NCBI GenBank assembly: GCA_964583985.1
Contig: CAZOYD010000005.1
Coordinates: 1-64,000, forward strand
Direction: 5' to 3'
DNA length: 64,000 nucleotides
Source: an uncultured archaeon
GTDB lineage: Archaea; Asgardarchaeota; Lokiarchaeia; Sigyniarchaeales; SOKP01
The translations under genes and the position numbers were made by a program. The first letter of the stretch is position 1. Every line of letters begins with the position of its first letter. Of the stretch, positions 1 through 7,605 are shown piece by piece. The notes beneath the pieces are model-generated. The model was not told the DNA's origin, did not search any database, and worked only from the letters and a program-made list of their open reading frames with translations.

Positions 1-347
1 TCGAAGAAGCATTAAATGCCAAAGGTTTAAAAGTGATTATTATCAAAAGGGAGTGTGGTTTACAAGCACATAGATATAGGATGCAACAAATAAGAAGAAT
101 AGAAAGTCAAGGTAAGAAAGTTCAAGAGGAAGTTTATCATATAACAGGATGTCAAATGTGTCATGAATGCAGTAGGATTCTTAGTTGCCCCGCTATCAGA
201 AGAGTAGAAATTAACGGATATGAAACAATGCAAATTGATGATGATAGATGCATTCGATGTGGAGTCTGCTATCAAATCTGTCCTAATGGAGCAATACATA
301 AATCTACCCTAAATTTATTAGGTGAGGAGGTACCATTCCAGCATTAA
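1..347 (+). CDS. iorA: Indolepyruvate:ferredoxin oxidoreductase alpha subunit, C-terminal part (5'-truncated by window edge)
   Basis: Frame is open from position 3. Contains VIIIKRECGL and two ferredoxin motifs (CQMCHEC...CP, CIRCGVCYQICP). Lies directly upstream of an iorB-like gene. Confidence 0.85.
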   Translation, partial: EEALNAKGLKVIIIKRECGLQAHRYRMQQIRRIESQGKKVQEEVYHITGCQMCHECSRILSCPAIRRVEINGYETMQIDDDRCIRCGVCYQICPNGAIHKSTLNLLGEEVPFQH

Positions 348-373
348 GAAATTAAATAACTAAAATTAGGAAT

Positions 374-1036
374 ATGGAAAAAATGAAATTTAAAGAAACA
401 GATATAATAAACATAGTAATAGCAGGAACTGCCGGTCAAGGAGTCATAACCCTTAAGAGATTGATAGAGTTTGCTGCTCAAAAATCTGGTATCGAGCGAA
501 TATTTGGAAGTGAAATGCACGGGCTCGCACAAAGAGAAGGAGCTATTACTAGTCATACTAGATACCAAAAAAAAAAATTCAAGGATGAACGAAAAAATCT
601 TCAATCATCCTTGATTTGTTATGCTGATGCTGATTTATTCATCTGTTTAGAACCTGTGGAAGCTTTAAGGAGAGGTATTTTTGCTTCTCAGAAAACTACT
701 TTTGTTCTGAATGAATATGACATTCCAGGAGTGATGATCACCGCAGATTTAGAAGCATATCCTCCTTTGGATAAAATTGTTGAAATTTTAAAAGAATATT
801 CAAATAATGTACATACAATTAATGCAACAAAAATTTGTTTCAATAGCTTTAATTCAAATTTATTGGTAAACATTTTCATGCTTGGTTATGCCATTCCAAC
901 TGGAAAACTTCCTTTTATCGAAGTGGAACATTACGAAGAAGTTATAATTGAATGGTTAAGGAATCCAGAAACAAATATTAAGGCATTACATCTTGGTATA
1001 GATGAAGGAAAAAAAAAAAGCGAATCTAATTTCTAA
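374..1036 (+). CDS. iorB: Indolepyruvate:ferredoxin oxidoreductase beta subunit
   Basis: GTAGQGVI, SEMHGLAQREGA, LEPVEALR and NIFMLG motifs of the IorB/POR-gamma fold. Confidence 0.85.
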   Translation: MEKMKFKETDIINIVIAGTAGQGVITLKRLIEFAAQKSGIERIFGSEMHGLAQREGAITSHTRYQKKKFKDERKNLQSSLICYADADLFICLEPVEALRRGIFASQKTTFVLNEYDIPGVMITADLEAYPPLDKIVEILKEYSNNVHTINATKICFNSFNSNLLVNIFMLGYAIPTGKLPFIEVEHYEEVIIEWLRNPETNIKALHLGIDEGKKKSESNF

Positions 1037-1110
1037 TCGGCACTCTTATTGCTATTTACAACTAATGCTTTTTTAATACGTGGCATAACTTCACGAGGGA
1101 AACTATGAGC
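1033..1110 (-). pseudogene. 3'-end relic of an alpha/beta hydrolase paralog
   Basis: Minus strand reads AHSFPREVMPRIKKALVVNSNKSAD*. This closely matches GHSFPREIIPRIIEALVVNSKKGN* at 2406-2480, and the DNA is visibly similar. No upstream part of the gene remains. Confidence 0.8.
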
Positions 1111-1271
1111 CCCGAATTCATCTAAATGAAACCAAATGGAATATAGTTATTGAAGAATTTCTTAGAACAATAAATCTCATTAATATAGAATAACTTAAAT
1201 ATAATTAATATATGTTCAAATCCTATTATTAATTGTATTGATTTTTAGGAGTTGGAGAAAAATTTTAAATT

Positions 1272-2267
1272 GTGATTAAAATGACTGTTTTAGTTACAGG
1301 AGCAACGGGTTTTATAGGTTCAAATATTGTAAGAGAGCTGATTAAGGAGGGTATTAATGTTAGGGTTACTCTTAGAAAAACTAGTGATACTCGAAATATT
1401 GATGATCTGAATGTGGAAAAGATCTATTGCGATATTCGCGACAAAGATTCTGTAAAAAAAGCGCTAAAGGGATGCGATACTCTTTATCATACCGCTGCCT
1501 ATTTTGCTCATTGGTCACCTAATAAAAAACTATTTTATGATATTAATGTCGAAGGTACCAAAATTATTCTTGAGGAGGCCCTTTCTCAAGGATTAGAAAA
1601 GGTTGTTTATACTAGCACTTCTAATACGATAGGATCTCATGGGGCCGGAAACTATGTCAATGAAGAAGCAGAATTCAACGGTTGGGATGCAGGTGATCAC
1701 TATGCAATTTCAAAATACCTTGCTGAGGGTGAAGCAATGAAAATTTGCGAGAAAGGTCTACCTTTAGTAATAGTAAATCCAACTTTAGTTATAGGAGTGA
1801 GAGATCGTAAGCCGACACCATCTGGAGCATTAATAGTTGATATTGCTAATGAAAATATGCCGGGGTATATTGAAGGAGCTATAAATGTCATTGATGTTGA
1901 AGATGTAGCACGTGGACACATTCAGGCGGCTCAAAAAGGAAGAATTGGTGAAAGATATCTTTTTGGTAATGAAAATCTGTTTGTTGGAGAATTTTTCGAA
2001 TTAATTGCAGAAATAGCAGGGATTAAACCTCCAAAACGGAAGATTCCCTATCGAGTTGCACTATTACTAGGATATTTATTTCAGATAGGTGCACATATTA
2101 CAAAGAAGCCCCCTCTTGTTTCAGTATCTCAAGTACGGTTAGGAAAGATGGGTGAACATTTTGATTGTTCTAAAGCTATAAATGAACTGGGTTTAAAACA
2201 AACTCCTATTAAGAAAACCATCGAGAAAGCAATTACCTGGTTCAGAGATAATGGGTATTTAATATAA
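1272..2267 (+). CDS. Extended SDR NAD-dependent epimerase/dehydratase (dihydroflavonol reductase/HpnA-like)
   Basis: TGATGFIG Rossmann motif, HTAA, YTST and YxxxK (YAISK). Likely start is the ATG at 1281. Confidence 0.85.
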   Translation: MIKMTVLVTGATGFIGSNIVRELIKEGINVRVTLRKTSDTRNIDDLNVEKIYCDIRDKDSVKKALKGCDTLYHTAAYFAHWSPNKKLFYDINVEGTKIILEEALSQGLEKVVYTSTSNTIGSHGAGNYVNEEAEFNGWDAGDHYAISKYLAEGEAMKICEKGLPLVIVNPTLVIGVRDRKPTPSGALIVDIANENMPGYIEGAINVIDVEDVARGHIQAAQKGRIGERYLFGNENLFVGEFFELIAEIAGIKPPKRKIPYRVALLLGYLFQIGAHITKKPPLVSVSQVRLGKMGEHFDCSKAINELGLKQTPIKKTIEKAITWFRDNGYLI

Positions 2268-2405
2268 ATACTTGATCCTTTTGTAGAGTTGAGAGTATTT
2301 GAAACAGAGAATCAATCTAGATAAAGTTGTACTGATTGGCGGGACATTGGAAGAATATTATAAAATATTTAGGTTGCATGATTTTAAATTCAATTATGTT
2401 AAATT

Positions 2406-3287
2406 CTAATTACCCTTTTTACTATTTACTACTAAAGCTTCTATAATCCGTGGTATGATTTCACGAGGAAAACTATGTCCCATTCCATCTATAATCAATA
2501 ATTCTGCTCCAGGAATGATTGTTGCAATATCCTTCCCCGCTTCAATAAGATTAAAAGGATCTTCACTTCCATGAATCACAATTGTAGGCGCCTTTATGTC
2601 AGATATAAATGGTTTGATATTACCAGGCACCGACATGGCCGCTAATTGGCGAGCTATTCCATCAGGATAATAACTTCTATCATACTCGATTGTTCTATAC
2701 TCTCTTGATTGATTCTCATTATAAGGAAAAGTACCGTTAATTAAACGATCGCGCTTGACTCTTTCTTCAATATATGCTTCGCGTTCAGATGGAACGGGTG
2801 CAAAGAATTGCATTAAAATTTCAGGCTTTGAAGGTGGAAGTTCAGGATCTCCTGTAGTACTCATAATTACTGCGAGAGATAGCACACGAGAAGGATGTCT
2901 ATATGCTATTATTTGTGCGATCATTCCCCCCATAGAAGCACCACAAATATGTGCTTTTTTAATATTCAAAGCGTCTAATACACTAATAGCATCATCAGCC
3001 ATATCTTCTAAAGTATATGGAATCTTGGGTATTTCTCCACGGGTATATGCTGCACTAATTTCCATCATATCAGGAATTCCCCCACTTTCAAATTTAGTTG
3101 ATAAGCCTACATCTCGATTGTCGAATCTGATGACAAAAAAACCAAATTTTACAAGTATTTCGCACATCTCATCCGACCAAGCAAGCATTTGACTTCCCAA
3201 TCCCGCTATCAATAATAAGGGTTTTGAAATCGGGTCCCCAATTGTTTCATATTCAATTTCTATATGATTTACAATCGCTTTTGGCAA
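2406..3287 (-). CDS. Alpha/beta hydrolase (esterase/lipase)
   Basis: RFDNRDVGLS, GASMGG nucleophile elbow, HGSEDP and GMGH catalytic His. Confidence 0.9.
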   Translation of the reverse strand: MPKAIVNHIEIEYETIGDPISKPLLLIAGLGSQMLAWSDEMCEILVKFGFFVIRFDNRDVGLSTKFESGGIPDMMEISAAYTRGEIPKIPYTLEDMADDAISVLDALNIKKAHICGASMGGMIAQIIAYRHPSRVLSLAVIMSTTGDPELPPSKPEILMQFFAPVPSEREAYIEERVKRDRLINGTFPYNENQSREYRTIEYDRSYYPDGIARQLAAMSVPGNIKPFISDIKAPTIVIHGSEDPFNLIEAGKDIATIIPGAELLIIDGMGHSFPREIIPRIIEALVVNSKKGN

Positions 3288-3356
3288 TATTGATCAGCCT
3301 TAATTTTTTTATTAGAATTTGAGATTAGAAATGAAAATTTTCAAATATTTGATTAA

Positions 3357-3893
3357 TTAGGCATTTGACCTACGAATGACCTTAACTAAACCTTTTTTTC
3401 TCATTTTATCAAGCATTTTATCAACTTCTTCTATTGGTTTCTGCACGATTGATGCTACCTCTTCCACGGCACACATTCCATCACAGACCTTTAATAACTT
3501 ATATTCATCCATGGTGAGCATTCCTAAATGCACGCTCATTTCTGGTACATCCTTCACTACAATTGGGATTCTGATATCTTCACCTGCTCGAACTGCTGCG
3601 GCTCCAATATCCGCCATGCTTGGGGAATCTCCAAAAAATGATTTAACACCTGTTATGTCATAGTTATCATTGATATAAATATAAATTGTATGTTCTTGAC
3701 CTGAAAGATCATCTGTATCCTCAACATCAGGATACATGTTAACGTGTTTGTATTCCTTAGTATACATCCCCATTTTTAAACCATCAATAATTTCTTTCTT
3801 ATTTAATTTTAACGCGACCATATCATCACATATGTCACACCAAGCCCATGCTTCAATAAGAGAGAAATATTTCTTAACTTTATTTTCTGGCAT
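3357..3893 (-). CDS. Hypothetical protein with N-terminal CxxC...H...H metal-binding domain and C-terminal winged helix
   Basis: WCDICD...YKH...EHTIYIYI at the N-terminus. C-terminal LLKVCDG...VEEVASIVQKPIEEVDKMLDKMRKKGLVKV fits a wHTH pattern. Confidence 0.6.
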   Translation of the reverse strand: MPENKVKKYFSLIEAWAWCDICDDMVALKLNKKEIIDGLKMGMYTKEYKHVNMYPDVEDTDDLSGQEHTIYIYINDNYDITGVKSFFGDSPSMADIGAAAVRAGEDIRIPIVVKDVPEMSVHLGMLTMDEYKLLKVCDGMCAVEEVASIVQKPIEEVDKMLDKMRKKGLVKVIRRSNA

Positions 3894-4117
3894 CCAAATC
3901 CATCTTATTTTTGTTAAATTAGCAATTTTGAAGATTATTTCAAAAAATTATATACTTTAATTATATTGTTTATGAATTTAAAGTTTAATTATGCAAAAAG
4001 AATGTTTAAGCAGTTTAAAAGAGCGCGGAATAATTTAGTATCTAAAACCGAAAATAATTAAAGTCAGATCTAATTTACTAAATCATCTTATAATATCAAA
4101 AAAGTCATCATAGAAAA

Positions 4118-4294
4118 ATGTCCACCTATAAAAAAAATATTTGCTTTAGCTGTAACAAGCCAATTACTCCTTACGAGAATGCTGTTAGATTTCCATGTCC
4201 ACAATGTGGAGACGTGACAATTTGGAGATGTGAACGTTGTCGTACTACTGGGAATACATATAAATGTTTGAAATGTGAATTTGAGGGGCCGTAA
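4118..4294 (+). CDS. Small Zn-ribbon protein (DUF1610/HVO_2753-like), 58 aa, absent from the ORF track
   Basis: MSTYKKNICFSCNKPITPYENAVRFPCPQCGDVTIWRCERCRTTGNTYKCLKCEFEGP*. Four CxxC motifs and a terminal FEGP, in the conserved archaeal position upstream of EF-1beta. Confidence 0.9.
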   Translation: MSTYKKNICFSCNKPITPYENAVRFPCPQCGDVTIWRCERCRTTGNTYKCLKCEFEGP

Positions 4295-4323
4295 GAAAAA
4301 AATACAGATAAAAAGCGATTTTT

Positions 4324-4590
4324 ATGGGAGAATTCGTAGCTTTGGTTGATGTAATTCCAGAAGAGAAGGACGTGGATTTTGAAGAACTCATTAATAAGCT
4401 AAAAAAGGTCATTCCAGATACTTGTGCCATAGAGCACTATGAAATCCATCCCGTAGCATTTGGTCTTAAAAAAGCAAGAGTTAGAGTGCGGTATCCCGAG
4501 GAATGGGGTGGTACTGACAAAATCGAAGAATTCTTTGGACAAGTAGAAGGAATACAAGGTATTGAAGGAATAGCTTTTTCAAAAGCATAA
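4324..4590 (+). CDS. ef1b: Translation elongation factor 1-beta
   Basis: 88 aa with PVAFGLK and GGTD motifs. Confidence 0.92.
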   Translation: MGEFVALVDVIPEEKDVDFEELINKLKKVIPDTCAIEHYEIHPVAFGLKKARVRVRYPEEWGGTDKIEEFFGQVEGIQGIEGIAFSKA

Positions 4591-4666
4591 TTTTGATTCA
4601 TTATTTTTATCAGAGTTCTCAGAAAATAGAAATATTATTATTTAACTTTAATATATAAAAATTCAA

Positions 4667-6472
4667 TTATACAATTCGTTTAAATAACTTATCCATCTCT
4701 TTAAATGAAATAAACTTTAGTGTGGGCCTACCATGAGCACAATGGTAAGGATCCTTTGTTTTAGATAATTTAGTTATTAGTAATCGAGTATCTTTTAAAC
4801 TCAAATCATCTCCGCCTCTCACACTTTTATGGCATGCTAAATAATTAATAATTTTTTCCTTTACTTCTGAGAAACTACTATCTTTTCCAATTTCAGTAAT
4901 ATCACTTATGATATTTTTAATAATATTTGCTTTTACTGTTTTATCAATAATTACAGGAATCTCTCTCAATATAAACGTATTCCCCCCAAAATGTTCAAAG
5001 TCAAATCCAAGTTTTCTGATTTCATCGATATTTGACAATATGAAATATTTTTCACTTGGAGAGACCTCAACAGTTAGTGGTATGATTAGTGCTTGCCTGT
5101 TTTTTTTTAATGATTCATATTGCTCAATAAAATATTCCTTTGTTATTCGTTCGGAAGCAGCGTGTTGATCCAAGATATACATTCCCGATTCACCCTCCTG
5201 ATTTATACCTTCTAGAATTACATATATTTTATTGCTTAACTGTCCTGTATTAGATATCAACCTTAATTTGGGAAAATTTTTAGCAATCACGTATTTTTCT
5301 CTTGTTACACCTTCCAAAATTTCTGTATCATCACTTTCCAATGTATCAGTAATTTGCAGTTGAAGTGATTTCTCTATTTTTGATTCTATTACTTGATCAT
5401 CTTGAATTTTTCTTTCAACTAAGTTATTATCTGTAGATATGTAAGACTTTAAATCTGTGGAAGCAAGCTGTTCATCCTTCATGTATTTTTCTTCAATAAT
5501 CTTACGTAATATGGTATAAATTTTATTATAAATATACTGTTCATCTTCAAATCTTATTTCCAATTTCTTTGGATGTACATTAAAATCTACAATGGAAGGA
5601 TCTATTTCCAAATATAATATAAAAAAAGGAAATGTGCTAATCATAAGAGTTCCTTTATATGCTTCCTGTATGGCCCTATATAATAAATCACTAATGATAT
5701 ATCTCTTATTAATGAAAAAACTTGATTGACTCCTGTTTTTTTTTGCAATATCTCTTCCTCCAATTAATCCATATAATTTAAATTTGGGTTCATTATGGCT
5801 AATCTCTTCTAATGCTTGCGCTACTTTTTTTCCATAGATATGGTAAGCGGTAGTTTTTAGATCATTGGATGCGGGGCAATTTAAAATTGGAAGATCGTTG
5901 TTTAAATAAATAAAATGTATGTTTGGATATGCTAGCGAATATCTCTGAATAATATCTGTAATGTGACCTAATTCCGTAGTATCTTTTTTTAAAAATTTTT
6001 GTCTGGCTGGTGTATTATAAAACAAATTGCTTATTTTGATATTGGTGCCGATTGGACATGAAATCTCTTTTTTTTCTTTAATTATCCCTCCCTCAATCCT
6101 TAATCTAATTCCTGTTCTTAATTCTTGAATTCTGGAGGATATTTCGACTTCACTAACAGCAGCGATACTCGCTAATGCTTCACCTCTAAAACCTAAAGTG
6201 GAGAGGTTTTCAAGATCTTGAATCGTTCTGATCTTACTACTTGTATATCTCTGAAATGCTAATTCTATTTCATCGGGGTGAATTCCAATACCATTATCAA
6301 TAACTTGAATTGAGGATTTTCCTGCTTTTTTCACTATTATCCGGATGTTATTCGCCCCTGAATCGATACTGTTCTCTATTATTTCTTTCACAATGTTAGC
6401 AGGGCGTTCAATGACTTCACCAGCAGCGATTTTTTCCGCATCCAGTAATTTTTGTATTTTAGGTCTCATCAT
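4667..6472 (-). CDS. mutL: DNA mismatch repair endonuclease MutL
   Basis: IAAGEVIERP, GFRGEALASI, DFNVHPKK, DQHAASERITKE endonuclease motif, ACH and CAHGRP. Confidence 0.97.
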   Translation of the reverse strand: MMRPKIQKLLDAEKIAAGEVIERPANIVKEIIENSIDSGANNIRIIVKKAGKSSIQVIDNGIGIHPDEIELAFQRYTSSKIRTIQDLENLSTLGFRGEALASIAAVSEVEISSRIQELRTGIRLRIEGGIIKEKKEISCPIGTNIKISNLFYNTPARQKFLKKDTTELGHITDIIQRYSLAYPNIHFIYLNNDLPILNCPASNDLKTTAYHIYGKKVAQALEEISHNEPKFKLYGLIGGRDIAKKNRSQSSFFINKRYIISDLLYRAIQEAYKGTLMISTFPFFILYLEIDPSIVDFNVHPKKLEIRFEDEQYIYNKIYTILRKIIEEKYMKDEQLASTDLKSYISTDNNLVERKIQDDQVIESKIEKSLQLQITDTLESDDTEILEGVTREKYVIAKNFPKLRLISNTGQLSNKIYVILEGINQEGESGMYILDQHAASERITKEYFIEQYESLKKNRQALIIPLTVEVSPSEKYFILSNIDEIRKLGFDFEHFGGNTFILREIPVIIDKTVKANIIKNIISDITEIGKDSSFSEVKEKIINYLACHKSVRGGDDLSLKDTRLLITKLSKTKDPYHCAHGRPTLKFISFKEMDKLFKRIV

Positions 6473-6681
6473 TTTTCATAACTTTTAATTGATGACATAC
6501 TATTATCTTAGCATATCTTATTTTTTAAAAGAATGCACTATTAAGGTTAAAATAATTTAGGGAAAAAAATTACATAATTTAATTAAGCAGATTTTAGGTG
6601 TTTTTAAAGTAATTCTTTTATACTTGTTTTAATACACTATCTTAAGTAATTATATATTAGCTCCGAAAAGAAGGAATAATT

Positions 6682-7605
6682 ATGGAAGGTTCTCGACCTC
6701 ATTTAGCGCATCGTATTATTATTGGAACATTTCTTTTCATTGTAATCTTCTCTTTAATATTTAGAATATTAAATTACTATATTGAATTTCCAGATGTAAT
6801 AGCTCTAAGTAAAGATATTGATTTTAAATTACTTATTTTGGGACAGAAAAATGGACTATTTAACTTTTATGTTCCGGTGGATGTACCTTCTTGGATGCCT
6901 GAATGGCCACCTTATTACCTATATTTTTGGTATTTTATTTTTCTTCCAATGGGATGGTTTCCTTTACCAATAAGTCTTCTAATATGGAACATTTTAAGTC
7001 TCTGCTTAGTTTCTTTGGTAGGAATTAGGTGTTATGATCGTTTTGAGAATTATAAAGATTTTAAGCTTTTTTTCATTTTTATGAGTTTAGGATATCTCAT
7101 TGATTGCTGGTATGGCAATTCGAATTTTCTCATTCTTATATTTTTATATCTTTCTTATGATTTTTTAGAGAAAAATAGAAAATGGATTTCAGGCATATTT
7201 TTCACTTTGGGAACTTTCAAAATTAATGGCTTTCTATATCTTCCGGTGATTTTACTAAGCAAGAAAATAAAATTTAAAGATTTAATATATTATCTCGTAC
7301 CTTTTACAGTCGCATGTCTACCTTATATCATCTTCCCTGATTTCCTTGGTCAGATGTTATATAATTGGGGTCATAGTGATCCTGGAATTCATGGATTAAC
7401 ACCACTAGATTCCATATTCTGGAAAGCGTTGCAACCATCACATCTAATGTATATAAGTTTCCTATATTTAATTTACTTTGAACACTTGGAAGAAGGAACA
7501 AGAAAAAATTGGATAAGAAAGTTTGTAATTACAACATTTACAACTTATTATCTTTATACTGCAGTTATTGTGTCAATAATACCGGCAATTCAGCTTTGGT
7601 TATGA
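6682..7605 (+). CDS. Polytopic membrane glycosyltransferase, GT87/GT-C-like
   Basis: Many TM helices plus DIDF, YLY-P, YGNSN and GxFFxLGTFK motifs typical of GT87/DUF2029. Confidence 0.6.
   Translation: MEGSRPHLAHRIIIGTFLFIVIFSLIFRILNYYIEFPDVIALSKDIDFKLLILGQKNGLFNFYVPVDVPSWMPEWPPYYLYFWYFIFLPMGWFPLPISLLIWNILSLCLVSLVGIRCYDRFENYKDFKLFFIFMSLGYLIDCWYGNSNFLILIFLYLSYDFLEKNRKWISGIFFTLGTFKINGFLYLPVILLSKKIKFKDLIYYLVPFTVACLPYIIFPDFLGQMLYNWGHSDPGIHGLTPLDSIFWKALQPSHLMYISFLYLIYFEHLEEGTRKNWIRKFVITTFTTYYLYTAVIVSIIPAIQLWL

Noticed and set aside
1111-1193. Plus-strand IHLNETKWNIVIEEFL as another hydrolase C-terminal relic
   Set aside because: Too short and too weakly similar to support.
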